Assembly (NCBI GenBank): GCA_964552925.1
Contig: CAZKJA010000001.1
Location: forward strand, 1-37,136
Reading direction: 5' to 3'
DNA: 37,136 nucleotides
Source: an uncultured Treponemataceae bacterium
GTDB taxonomy: Bacteria > Spirochaetota > Spirochaetia > Treponematales > UBA12059
Numbering within the stretch: position 1 is the stretch's first letter; the number at the start of each line of letters is the position of its first letter. Below the pieces are notes generated by a model. That model was not told the origin of the DNA. It ran no database searches and saw nothing but the letters and a program-made list of their open reading frames with translations. The position numbers were made by a program, and so were the translations under genes. This document shows, in pieces, positions 10,879 through 19,290 of this stretch.

Positions 10879-11895
10879 ATGAAGAAGTCAATTTTGGTAA
10901 TGCTCATGGCGATCGCGCTACTGGCGCCGGTATTCGGCGAGGGCCAGAAGGATGCCACCCAAGGCGCCGCGAAGGCCGAGTTCCCCGCGCTCGTGCTGAA
11001 GCTGGGTCACATTGCCGACCCGAGCCACCCCTACGCCCAGGGTGCCGTCAAGTTCAGCGAACTCGTAAAGCAGAAGACGGGCGGCAAGGTCGATGTCCAG
11101 GTCTTCGCCTCCTCGCAACTCGGCGACCAGAAGACCCTGATCGAGGGCCTGGTATACGGGACAATCGACATGGCGCTTGTCGGGACCGCGGCGCTCACGC
11201 AGTTCCAGCCGCAGATGGGGATTTTCGACCTGCCCTTCCTTTTCGATGACAGGGCGCACGCCTTCCGGAGCCTCGATTCGGTCGGCATGGAAATAGGCAA
11301 GGCGCTTGAGCCGAAAGGCATCAAACTCCTCGGGTACATGGAGAACGGCATCCGCCACATGACGAACAACACCAGGGAAATCAAGACCCCGGCGGATATG
11401 AACGGCCTCAAGATCCGCGTCCAGACTAGCAAGATTTTCATCGAGATGATGAAGGCGATGGGAGCCTCCCCGACCCCGATGAGCATGGACGAGCTCTACT
11501 CGGCTATGCAGTCCGGGACAGTCGACGGCCAGGAAAACCCGTCCGCGCATATCTATACCCAGCGCTACTATGAAGTGCAGAAGTACGCGTCCCGCACCGC
11601 TCACGCCTACGCTCCCGAACCTGTGCTCATATCGCTGGCCAAATGGAATGCCTTGCCGGCGGCCGTCCAGAAGGTGATCCTCGAGTCCGCGGCGGAGGCG
11701 ACCGCCTGGCAGCGGGAGCTCTCCACAAAGTCCGACGAGGAACTGTGGGACAAGATCAAAGCCACCGGCAAGATGAAGGTAATCGATGTCGACCGCAAGC
11801 CGTTCCAGGCGGCCACGGCCAAGGTCATCGAGATGTTCGCCGATTCCGTGGGCCGGGACAATCTCAAGAAGATTGACGCGCTGCGCTCGAAGTAA
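10879..11895 (+). CDS. dctP: TRAP transporter solute-binding protein, DctP family
   Basis: Signal peptide MKKSILVMLMAIALLAPVFG. DctP-family features include LKLGHIADPSHPY, FDLPFLFDD and MENGIRHMTN. Followed by the small and large TRAP permease genes. Confidence 0.9.
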   Translation: MKKSILVMLMAIALLAPVFGEGQKDATQGAAKAEFPALVLKLGHIADPSHPYAQGAVKFSELVKQKTGGKVDVQVFASSQLGDQKTLIEGLVYGTIDMALVGTAALTQFQPQMGIFDLPFLFDDRAHAFRSLDSVGMEIGKALEPKGIKLLGYMENGIRHMTNNTREIKTPADMNGLKIRVQTSKIFIEMMKAMGASPTPMSMDELYSAMQSGTVDGQENPSAHIYTQRYYEVQKYASRTAHAYAPEPVLISLAKWNALPAAVQKVILESAAEATAWQRELSTKSDEELWDKIKATGKMKVIDVDRKPFQAATAKVIEMFADSVGRDNLKKIDALRSK

Positions 11896-11908
11896 ACGGC
11901 GCGCTGTA

Positions 11909-11941
11909 GCGGAGCGGCCGATGTAACGCCGGCCGCTCCGC
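11909..11941 (+). promoter_or_regulatory. GC-rich intercistronic stem-loop between dctP and dctQ
   Basis: GCGGAGCGGCCG (11909-11920) and CGGCCGCTCCGC (11930-11941) form a perfect 12-bp stem with a 9-nt loop. No U-tract follows, and the AAGGAGG SD of dctQ lies downstream. Confidence 0.55.
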
Positions 11942-11973
11942 GCGCACGTCCCGCATGATCCAAGGAGGCGTCG

Positions 11974-12474
11974 ATGAACTCGCTGCTCAAAGGACTCCGT
12001 ACCGTCCTCTACTGGTTTTCGGTCACGGCGATGTCGATAATGCTGGCGGTCACATTTTTTTCGGTGATCAGCCGATATTTTTTTTCCTTTACCTTCGACT
12101 GGGCGGAGGAACTCTCTCGCTTCCTGTTCGTCTGGTCGGTGTTCCTCGGCTCGGCGCTCATCATGGGGGAGAACGGTCACCTCGCGGTGGAGTTCCTGCC
12201 CAACAAGCTCAAGGGCACGGCCGCGGGACTCGTCGTGGAGTTCATCATAAAGCTGTGCAGCTACGCCATCATCCTGATCCTGCTCACGCAGGGCTTCAAG
12301 ATGACAAGGATGATGATGTTCCAGACCTCCCCGGGCATGGGCATCCCGATGGGCATCATCTACGCTGTAATCCCCCTGAGTTCCATCCTCATGGTCCTCT
12401 ACACGATCCAGGACACCTTCGCGTTCGTACGCAGGGTGCTCGGCCATGGCAAGACTAGTCGGACGGGAGCATAG
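11974..12474 (+). CDS. dctQ: TRAP transporter small permease, DctQ family
   Basis: 166-aa protein with four TM segments located between the DctP and DctM genes. AAGGAGG precedes ATG 11974. Confidence 0.85.
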   Translation: MNSLLKGLRTVLYWFSVTAMSIMLAVTFFSVISRYFFSFTFDWAEELSRFLFVWSVFLGSALIMGENGHLAVEFLPNKLKGTAAGLVVEFIIKLCSYAIILILLTQGFKMTRMMMFQTSPGMGIPMGIIYAVIPLSSILMVLYTIQDTFAFVRRVLGHGKTSRTGA

Positions 12475-12475
12475 C

Positions 12476-13750
12476 ATGTCGTTCATATTCGTCGGTATTT
12501 TTCTGGTATTAACGATAATAGGGGTGCCGGTGGCGTTTTCGCTGTGCCTGTCGGTGGCGTATATCCTCGTGGCGCACATGCAGATGCCCTTGGTCATGAT
12601 ACCCCAGATCCTCTACACGGGCATCGACTCGTTCTCGTTCATGGCGGTACCGTTCTTCATGCTGGCGGGTTCCTTCATGTCGGCCGGCGGCGTCACGAAG
12701 CGGCTCGTCAGCTTCGCGCAGTCGCTCGTCGGTTCGCTCTGGGGGGGCCTGGCGCAGGTAGTCTGCGTGGCCGGCATGTTCTTCGCCGCAATCTCAGGCT
12801 CGTCCGCGGCTACGACCGCGGCCATAGGCACGACGATGATCGACGAGATGGAAAAGAAAGGCTACAAGCGCGACTTCGCGGCCGCGACGGTGGCGGCAGC
12901 GGGCACTGTCGGCATCGTCATACCACCCTCGATAACGATGGTCGTCTACGGCGTGGTCGCCGGCGTTTCGATAGGCGAACTGTTCGTCGGCGGTTTTGCC
13001 CCAGGCATCCTGATGGGCCTGTCGATGATGCTCGTCGCCTACGTCACTTCCAAAAAAAATGGATGGAAAGGTGAGGGGAAATTTACGGTCAAGGGTGTTT
13101 TCGTCGCCTTCAAGGAGTCGTTCTTTGCCTTGCTGACGCCGGTCATCATCATCGGCGGCATCTACGGCGGTATCTTCACGCCGACCGAGGCCGCGGCGGT
13201 CGCGGCTGTATACGGCCTGGTTGTGGGAATCTTCGTCTACAAGGAACTGAAGATAAAGGACTTGCCCGAATTGATATTCAAGGCGGTCATCGGGACCGTC
13301 ATAATCATGTTCATAGTCGGCGCCTCGAAGGTCTTCGGCTGGATGCTCACGAACCTGCGGATACCGCAGCAACTCGCCCAGACCTTCATGTCCGCTGACA
13401 TGTCGCCGCTCTTGTTCCTGGCAATCGTCAACGTCCTGTTCCTGATCGCGGGCACGATGGTGAACGCCTCGTCCGCCATCGTCATCCTCACGCCGATAGT
13501 GTTGCCGATAGCCTTGGGCCTCGGCATCGACCCTGTGTTCTTCGGCGTCCTGATGGTCGTGAACCTCGCCATCGGCACCATAACGCCGCCGGTCGGCCTG
13601 GACCTTTTCGTCGCGAGCGCGATAACAAAGATACCCATCGAGCGCCTGGTCAAGGTCATCACGCCCTACCTCCTCATAATGCTGGCGGATCTTGTGATTT
13701 TGACGTATATTCCACAGATCATCATGTTCCTGCCCAACTTGTTGAAGTGA
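12476..13750 (+). CDS. dctM: TRAP transporter large permease, DctM family
   Basis: Polytopic protein with typical DctM stretches (FMAVPFFMLAG, ISGSSAATTAAIG, PPSITMVVYG). Start set at ATG 12476 (MSFIFVG), one nt after the dctQ stop and preceded by GGGAG. Confidence 0.9.
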   Translation: MSFIFVGIFLVLTIIGVPVAFSLCLSVAYILVAHMQMPLVMIPQILYTGIDSFSFMAVPFFMLAGSFMSAGGVTKRLVSFAQSLVGSLWGGLAQVVCVAGMFFAAISGSSAATTAAIGTTMIDEMEKKGYKRDFAAATVAAAGTVGIVIPPSITMVVYGVVAGVSIGELFVGGFAPGILMGLSMMLVAYVTSKKNGWKGEGKFTVKGVFVAFKESFFALLTPVIIIGGIYGGIFTPTEAAAVAAVYGLVVGIFVYKELKIKDLPELIFKAVIGTVIIMFIVGASKVFGWMLTNLRIPQQLAQTFMSADMSPLLFLAIVNVLFLIAGTMVNASSAIVILTPIVLPIALGLGIDPVFFGVLMVVNLAIGTITPPVGLDLFVASAITKIPIERLVKVITPYLLIMLADLVILTYIPQIIMFLPNLLK

Positions 13751-13760
13751 GGAGTTTTTA

Positions 13761-15215
13761 ATGAGCATCGACATCAGCCTGAAGAATCTCTCCGACGCCT
13801 TGCCCGCCGACCTTTCGCCCGACCAGCGGGCGAAGGCCCAGACTTTGTTCCTGAAGAAGCTGTCAATTGACGCGCACACCTTCTTCGGGGGCAAGATGCA
13901 GACCGTACCCAAGTGCGGGTTGTGGGGCTTCAACTGGTTCAACGTGTGGTACACGCCAGGCGTATCCAAGGTCTCGACGACGATACGCGACGACAACGAG
14001 GCTTCGTTCGCCTTGTCAAACCGCGGCAACCTGGTCGCGGTGGTTTCGGACTCCACCCGAGTGCTCGGCGACGGCGACTGCACGCCCCCGGGCGGCCTCG
14101 GCGTGATGGAAGGCAAGGCCTTCCTGATGAAGTACCTGGGCGGCGTCGACGCTACCGCGCTGTGCATCGATTCGCGCGGCCCCGACGGCAAGCACGACCC
14201 GCAGAAGATCATAGACTTCGTGAAGATGGTCCAGCCCAGCTTCGGCGCCGTCAACCTCGAGGACATAAGCCAGCCTAACTGCTTCAAGGTGCTCGACGAG
14301 TTGCGAGAAGCCTGCGACATCCCCGTGTGGCACGACGACGCGCAGGGAACGGCTACCGTGACGTTGGCCGGCCTTATCAACGCGCTCAAGCTGACCGGAA
14401 AGAAGATAGGCGATGTCCGCATAGTGCTCCTCGGCGCAGGCGCCTCGAACACTACGATCGCCCGGCTTATACTGGCCGACGGCGGCGATCCCGACAAGAT
14501 GACGCTGTTCGATTCCAAGGGCTCGCTCCACCTCGGCCGCGCCGACATCGAGAAGGACCCCCGCAACTACCGCAAGTGGGAACTGTGCCAGAAGACCAAC
14601 CCCGGCCGCTACGCCGACGAAGCCGCCGCGTTGAAAGGCGCCGACGTGCTCATCGCGCTGTCGACCCCCGGTCCCGACACTGTCAAGCCGGAATGGGTGA
14701 AGGCGATGGCGCCCAAGTCGATTGTCTTCGCCTGCGCCAACCCGGTGCCGGAGATCTGGCCGCACGCGGCCAAGGCGGCGGGAGCCTACATCGTGGCGAC
14801 TGGCCGCGGCGACTTCCCCAACCAGGTGAACAACTCGATATGCTTCCCCGGCCTCTTGAGGGGCGCCCTCCTCGTGCGCGCGAAAAAGATCACCGACGGC
14901 ATGGCGATCCGCTGCGCGCATTCGATAGCCGACTTCGCCGAGAAGCGCGGGATAAACCCTGACGACATAATCGCGAAGATGGACGAGACCGACGTGTTCG
15001 CCATCGAGGCGGCCGACGTCGCCGTGCAGGCGGTCAAGGAAGGAGTCGCCCGAACGCCGATGACCTGGGACCAGGTGCACGACCGCGCCATGGCCGACAT
15101 CCTGGAAGCCAGGAAGACCACGGACGACCTTATGAGGCTCGGGCATATCAAGAGCCCGCCGGAATCGATGATACGCGACGCTATGGACTGGGCGGTAGCC
15201 GAGGTGCGTAAATAA
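13761..15215 (+). CDS. NAD(P)-dependent malic enzyme (oxaloacetate-decarboxylating malate dehydrogenase)
   Basis: VVSDSTRVLGLGDxG-type motif (VVSDSTRVLGDGDCTPPGGLGVMEGKAFLMKYLGGVDA), NLEDISQPNCF, DDAQGTA, and the Rossmann motif LLGAGASN. It starts 10 nt after dctM, with GAGGAG upstream. Confidence 0.9.
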   Translation: MSIDISLKNLSDALPADLSPDQRAKAQTLFLKKLSIDAHTFFGGKMQTVPKCGLWGFNWFNVWYTPGVSKVSTTIRDDNEASFALSNRGNLVAVVSDSTRVLGDGDCTPPGGLGVMEGKAFLMKYLGGVDATALCIDSRGPDGKHDPQKIIDFVKMVQPSFGAVNLEDISQPNCFKVLDELREACDIPVWHDDAQGTATVTLAGLINALKLTGKKIGDVRIVLLGAGASNTTIARLILADGGDPDKMTLFDSKGSLHLGRADIEKDPRNYRKWELCQKTNPGRYADEAAALKGADVLIALSTPGPDTVKPEWVKAMAPKSIVFACANPVPEIWPHAAKAAGAYIVATGRGDFPNQVNNSICFPGLLRGALLVRAKKITDGMAIRCAHSIADFAEKRGINPDDIIAKMDETDVFAIEAADVAVQAVKEGVARTPMTWDQVHDRAMADILEARKTTDDLMRLGHIKSPPESMIRDAMDWAVAEVRK

Positions 15216-15221
15216 AACAGC

Positions 15222-15247
15222 GGCCGCCTGTGCCTTTCAGGCGGGCC
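15222..15247. terminator. candidate bidirectional hairpin between convergent malic-enzyme and response-regulator genes
   Basis: GGCCGCCTG (15222-15230) pairs with CAGGCGGGCC (15238-15247), with one bulged G. The flanks are only weakly A/T-rich (aaataaaa upstream), and it overlaps the regulator stop codon. Confidence 0.3.
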
Positions 15248-15920
15248 TGGAATAGTACACGAGCGGCCGACCCACTTTCTGGTACTTGATCTCCTTGCGG
15301 AGGACCCCCGACTCCGCGAGGTACTCCAGGTAGCGTCGAGCGGTCACCCGTGATATGGCGATTTTTTCAGCGATATCGGCCGCGAGTACCTCTCCGGAAT
15401 TCTTGGCGAGGTACCCCTGGACCTTCTCGAGGGTCAACGCCGATATCCCTTTGGGCAAGGGTCTGTCTTCGTTTGACGAAGGCGCGCGCACGAGGAGGGT
15501 GTCAACCCGGCTCTGGTTCATGAATCCGACCGAACCCAAGGCCGAGCGGCGGTCGCGGTATTCTACAAGGGCGGATCGGTAGCGCGCGAAGTCGAAGGGC
15601 TTGATGATGTAATCTATGATACCGTACCGCATCGCTTGCTCCACCGTCCGCGTGTCTTGCGCTGCTGTGATCAGGATGAAGTCGACGGGGTATTCGAGCC
15701 GTCTGGCTTCCTTGAGAAGTTCCAGACCATGGATATCCGGCAGGTACACGTCCAGGATGACGAGGTCGATACGGCCGGCCGCGAGTTCTTCGAGGGCAGC
15801 CTTGCCGTTGAGCGCCAACTTGACCACGGCAAAGCCTTCCACCTGCTCCGTCGCCTGCCGGTTGATGTCGGCGACCATGAAATCGTCTTCGACGACCATC
15901 ACCCGTACATTTTCCTTCAT
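15237..15920 (-). CDS. response regulator, CitB/DcuR/DctR family (REC + C-terminal HTH)
   Basis: VRVMVVEDDFMVADI...DLVILDVYLPDIHG receiver. The C-terminal IAEKIAISRVTARRYLEYL is the HTH. Start set at ATG 15918-15920, which forms an ATGA overlap with the kinase stop. Confidence 0.85.
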   Translation of the reverse strand: MKENVRVMVVEDDFMVADINRQATEQVEGFAVVKLALNGKAALEELAAGRIDLVILDVYLPDIHGLELLKEARRLEYPVDFILITAAQDTRTVEQAMRYGIIDYIIKPFDFARYRSALVEYRDRRSALGSVGFMNQSRVDTLLVRAPSSNEDRPLPKGISALTLEKVQGYLAKNSGEVLAADIAEKIAISRVTARRYLEYLAESGVLRKEIKYQKVGRPLVYYSRPA

Positions 15921-17572
15921 GTCGGTTCTCCGCTTATGGTCTTTTCGCATTCTCCGTCGTCCATCACGGCGGAGCAGGCAAGCCTTGCCTCGACGCTCAC
16001 GCCCGGTCCCTCGTGCACCACGACCGAACCGCCGTGCATCGTCGCGTGCATGCGGACGAGGCTCAGCCCGATTCCCATGTTCGTCCCGCCTGTCTTGGAG
16101 CTGACTCCCCGTTCGAACAGGCGTCCGCGTATATCCGGCGCCATGCCGTCGCCGTTGTCAATGACGCGGATCACGAGCCAGCGATCCGCCACGTAACAAT
16201 CGACGATTATGCGCTTGTCGTGCCGTTCGAGGGGACGCAAGGCTTCGATTGCATTCTGCACAAGGTTTCCCAGGATGGTGACGACCGATGGCACAGCCCC
16301 GGGAAGCAGCGGTGGTACCATTGTGCGTTCGCCAAGGATGAATTCGATATTGGCTTCCTGGGCTTCGTTCATCTTGGCCAGTATCAAGCCGGCGATATCC
16401 GGTTCGCGGATCCGCGCGCGCAGGATGTCGAACATCTTCTGTTGCACGCTGACGGTGCTGACTATGTAGCGCACCGCGTCTTCGTGCTTGCCGAGCTGCA
16501 AGAGGCCGGAGACAACGTGCATCTTGTTCAGGTATTCGTGATGCTGCGAGCGCAAGGCGTCGATGTACTGCCGGACCTCGGTGAGTTCCTCGGCGAGCGA
16601 CCGGATCTCGCTCAAGTCCCTGAAGGTGGCGACCGCGCCGATAGTTTCCGAGCGGGATACCAAGGGTATCCTGTTGACGAGAACCACCTTGCGGTTGAGT
16701 ACCTGTTCCTCGTCGACGTGCGATTCCCCGGTGTGGACTACCTCCGGAAGCTTCGTGTTCGGGATGACGTCCGTTACCGGCCGGCCTTCCACGTCGTCCG
16801 ATATATCGAGTATCCGCTTGGCATTGTCGTTTATAAGGATGACGCGCCCGTCCCTGTCGATCGCGACTATGCCCTCCTTGATCGAGGAGATTATGACGTT
16901 CCGCTCCTCCAGGAGGGTGGCGATCTCGTGGGGCTCGAGGCCGTGGATTGTCTTTTTGATGTGCTTGGACAACAGGATCGCGCCGACCAGGCCGAGAGCC
17001 AGGACCACCGAGGCCGCGGCAAGCAGCACGGCGCCGATGCGGCGGGTCTCCCGGTCCAGATCCTGCAGGAGGAGGCCGACCGAGACGACGCCCAGCTGCC
17101 GCCCGCTCCCGTCGAGGATGGGGACGAAAGCCCTTATCGACAGGCCCAGCGTACCGACTGCCTTGGAGATATAGGTGCTTCCCCCGAGGGCCGCTCGTTC
17201 ATCGCCGCCAACGAAGCGCTGGCCCAGCCTGTCCGCTATAGGGTGGCTGTATCGTACCGAGTCCATGTTGAAGACGACCACATAACTGGTTTCGGAAATC
17301 ACCCTGTACCGCTCGGCCAAGGGTTGGATGAGCATTGACGGGTCAGCAGCCGCGAAACCGGCGATTATCTCGGGGTCGTGCGCCACTCGCTGGGCTATCG
17401 ACATCACCTTGGCGGAACTCGTGTCAACCACGTATCGGTGGAAGAAACGCTGGACAAAAAACGTCTCTGCCATCGTCGATACCAGGGAGACCGCCAGAAG
17501 CACGAAGAATATCCTTTGCTTGAGGCTTATCCGGGACACCCGGGACGAGCTATGTCTTTTTTTGTCGACCAC
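15917..17572 (-). CDS. sensor histidine kinase, DcuS/CitA/DctS family
   Basis: Two TM segments flank a periplasmic PAS/Cache-like domain, followed by a cytoplasmic PAS. The SpoOB-type H-box is LRSQHHEYLNKMHVVSGLLQL, and HATPase motifs are LGNLVQNAIEA, DNGDGM and GIGLSLV. The start codon is GTG (17570-17572). Confidence 0.85.
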   Translation of the reverse strand: MVDKKRHSSSRVSRISLKQRIFFVLLAVSLVSTMAETFFVQRFFHRYVVDTSSAKVMSIAQRVAHDPEIIAGFAAADPSMLIQPLAERYRVISETSYVVVFNMDSVRYSHPIADRLGQRFVGGDERAALGGSTYISKAVGTLGLSIRAFVPILDGSGRQLGVVSVGLLLQDLDRETRRIGAVLLAAASVVLALGLVGAILLSKHIKKTIHGLEPHEIATLLEERNVIISSIKEGIVAIDRDGRVILINDNAKRILDISDDVEGRPVTDVIPNTKLPEVVHTGESHVDEEQVLNRKVVLVNRIPLVSRSETIGAVATFRDLSEIRSLAEELTEVRQYIDALRSQHHEYLNKMHVVSGLLQLGKHEDAVRYIVSTVSVQQKMFDILRARIREPDIAGLILAKMNEAQEANIEFILGERTMVPPLLPGAVPSVVTILGNLVQNAIEALRPLERHDKRIIVDCYVADRWLVIRVIDNGDGMAPDIRGRLFERGVSSKTGGTNMGIGLSLVRMHATMHGGSVVVHEGPGVSVEARLACSAVMDDGECEKTISGEPT

Positions 17573-17641
17573 GCCCCATTATACCACCGCTATCGTACCG
17601 CCATGTATACAATCGCGGACAACGCCTATATCATCGGGTGC

Positions 17642-18478
17642 ATGAAAGGCATAATAGTCGCCGCCGGTTACGGCACCCGCTTCCTCCCGGTCACCAAGAC
17701 CGTGCCCAAGGAAATGCTCCCCCTCATAAACAAGCCTTCGATCGCCTTCGTCGTCGACGAGTTCGTCGCGTCGGGTATCGAGGACATCATAATCATTACG
17801 AGCAGGCGCAAGAAGGCCCTCGACGACTACTTCGACCACGAGGCCGAGCTCGAGGCGGTATTCGCCCGCGAAGGGAAGCCCGACAAGGCCGCCTTGATAG
17901 CACCGCCCGCGGCGCGGATTTCGTTCGTGCGCCAGACCGAGATGCGCGGTACCGGCCATGCCCTTCTCCAGGCGGCCCCCCTGCTCGGCGGGGAACCCTG
18001 CGTAGTCGCGTACCCCGACGACCTGCATTTCGGTTCGCCGCCGTTGGCGAGGCAACTGATCGATGTCTACGAGCGCACGGGTTCGTGCGTGCTCGCCGCC
18101 TTGCACGAGAGTGGGGACGTGTCGCGATACGGCGTAATCGACCCGGCTCCCGACGGCGTGACCGTCAAGGGATTCATCGAGAAGCCGGCCAAGGGCGCCG
18201 AGCCGAGCCATGAAGTATCGATAGGCCGTTACCTGTACACGCCCGAGTTCTTTAAAATACTGGCCGAGGGCTGGAAGAAGCACGGCGCGGGCGAGTATTA
18301 CCACACCTACGCGCTCGACAGGATGATAGCCGCCGGAAAGGTCGCGTGGACGCGCCTCGAAGGCCTGCGGCTGGACACGGGCGATCCCTCCGGCTATCTG
18401 GAAGCCATCCTCGAGTACGCGTGGCGCGACCCGGCGTATCGCGCGGTCGTCGAAAGGTTCGTCTCAGCCAAGACATAA
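17642..18478 (+). CDS. galU: UTP--glucose-1-phosphate uridylyltransferase
   Basis: MKGIIVAAGYGTRFLPVTKTVPKEMLPL...DDYFDHEAELE...TGHAL. Start moved to ATG 17642, because the 88-aa upstream extension in the track overlaps the divergent kinase start region. Confidence 0.9.
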   Translation: MKGIIVAAGYGTRFLPVTKTVPKEMLPLINKPSIAFVVDEFVASGIEDIIIITSRRKKALDDYFDHEAELEAVFAREGKPDKAALIAPPAARISFVRQTEMRGTGHALLQAAPLLGGEPCVVAYPDDLHFGSPPLARQLIDVYERTGSCVLAALHESGDVSRYGVIDPAPDGVTVKGFIEKPAKGAEPSHEVSIGRYLYTPEFFKILAEGWKKHGAGEYYHTYALDRMIAAGKVAWTRLEGLRLDTGDPSGYLEAILEYAWRDPAYRAVVERFVSAKT

Positions 18479-18479
18479 T

Positions 18480-18595
18480 TAGTTCATCGAAGCTTGTATC
18501 TGGCCTTGAATGGGTACCGTTGGCAGTAGTAGCGAGTACTTGACCATACTGTCGACGGTAACCCTGAACCCCGAGGCACAAGCTTCGAGGAACTA
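18480..18595. repeat. 116-nt near-perfect long inverted repeat / extended hairpin element (function unknown)
   Basis: Outer arms TAGTTC-a-TCGAAGCTTGT (18480-18497) and ACAAGCTTCGA-g-GAACTA (18578-18595). The middle helix GCCTTG (18503-18508) pairs with CGAGGC (18572-18577). The inner helix GGGTACCGTTGGCAG (18512-18526) pairs with CTGTCGACGGTAACCC (18549-18564), with one bulge and two G-U pairs. The loop is 22 nt. It begins 2 nt after the galU stop. Confidence 0.6.
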
Positions 18596-18604
18596 GCCTT
18601 CCGT

Positions 18605-18633
18605 TTGAATACCAGAGTTGACCACACTATACT
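18605..18633 (+). promoter_or_regulatory. candidate sigma70 promoter positioned for a leaderless transcript of the 18641 gene
   Basis: TTGAAT (18605-18610), 17 nt spacer, TATACT (18628-18633). ATG 18641 lies 7 nt after the -10 hexamer, and no SD is present upstream. Confidence 0.4.
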
Positions 18634-18640
18634 CAAGCCC

Positions 18641-19240
18641 ATGCGAAAACTTGGAAACGCGCTGTCCAAACCCCCGGTACTCGCGCTGGCGCTGACACTA
18701 CTCGTCGCGTTCTACCTGTTCGGTTATCCGGTCATGGGAAAGCTGATGCTGGAGCACACGCCACGCGGCGCGGAGTTCGATACAGCGTTCGCATATTCCC
18801 CGGCCGAGGCCTTACGCAGGGCCTCACTCTACGACGCTGCCGGACGAAGCGCGATGATACGCCTGCACTGGACCTACGACCTGGCCTTCCCGCTGGCCTA
18901 CGGGTTCTTTCTCGCTTCGGCGTGGGCATTTGGCCTGCGCCGCATCGCGGGGACTGCCGGTACGCCCCGGTATTTTCTCCTGCTCGTCCCGTTCGTTGCG
19001 GTGCTGTTCGACTTGCTCGAGAACGCTTCCGTGTCCGTGATGCTGGCGATTGTGGATTCCGGACCGCCGGGTTCCGTGTCGTACGCGGCCGTACGGATCG
19101 CGGCGGTAGCGGCATGCGGCTCGACCGCGCTCAAGTGGGCTTTCGTGCTTGTGGCGTTCGCCGGCGCGATGAGCTTGCCGGTCGCGGGCGTGGCGGCCTC
19201 GGTGCTCCGGAAATGGAAGGCCGGCAGGCATACAGGCTGA
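18641..19240 (+). CDS. hypothetical integral membrane protein
   Basis: About 199 aa with 4-5 hydrophobic segments (VLALALTLLVAFYLFGY, LAFPLAYGFFLASAWAFGL, FLLLVPFVAVLFDLLEN, WAFVLVAFAGAMSLPVAGV). I recognise no family. ATG 18641 is preferred to the TTG at 18605. Confidence 0.5.
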   Translation: MRKLGNALSKPPVLALALTLLVAFYLFGYPVMGKLMLEHTPRGAEFDTAFAYSPAEALRRASLYDAAGRSAMIRLHWTYDLAFPLAYGFFLASAWAFGLRRIAGTAGTPRYFLLLVPFVAVLFDLLENASVSVMLAIVDSGPPGSVSYAAVRIAAVAACGSTALKWAFVLVAFAGAMSLPVAGVAASVLRKWKAGRHTG

Positions 19241-19255
19241 AATCCGGATCTACCC

Positions 19256-19284
19256 TTGTAGGCGGCGCATCCTCGTTGTAATCT
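19256..19284 (+). promoter_or_regulatory. candidate promoter positioned for a leaderless transcript of the 19291 kinase gene
   Basis: TTGTAG (19256-19261), 17 nt spacer, TAATCT (19279-19284), then 6 nt to ATG 19291. No SD is present. Confidence 0.35.
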
Positions 19285-19290
19285 AAATAT

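Noticed and set aside
12055-12085. Homopolymer runs unusual for a GC-rich genome, considered as phase-variation tracts: T7 at 12055-12061, T8 at 12078-12085, A8 at 13052-13059, A8 at 20681-20688.
   Set aside because: They encode Phe-Phe or Lys-Lys in otherwise intact frames of housekeeping-type genes. They are short for slipped-strand switches, and nothing in a single sequence shows length variation.
10918-12597. Very long ORFs antisense or out of frame to confident genes. Examples: 10918-12597 (559 aa), 12794-14566 (590 aa), 9068-10540, 16013-17338, 14016-15146, 26059-27150, 34074-35123, 2753-3700, 3534-4436, 4574-5500.
   Set aside because: Their translations are Arg/Gly/Pro/Ala/His/Asp-rich low-complexity strings with no recognisable motif. 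Each fully overlaps a gene with clear domain signatures. This is the expected shadow-ORF artefact of stop-codon-poor, GC-rich DNA.
18487-18588. Polylinker-like look of the central spacer (HindIII, KpnI, ScaI, SalI, BstEII and HindIII sites within 100 nt), raising the thought of vector contamination.
   Set aside because: The flanks run continuously into native genes, and the order and spacing match no cloning-site arrangement I know. Most sites form part of the arms of one long hairpin. It is treated as a native palindromic element instead.
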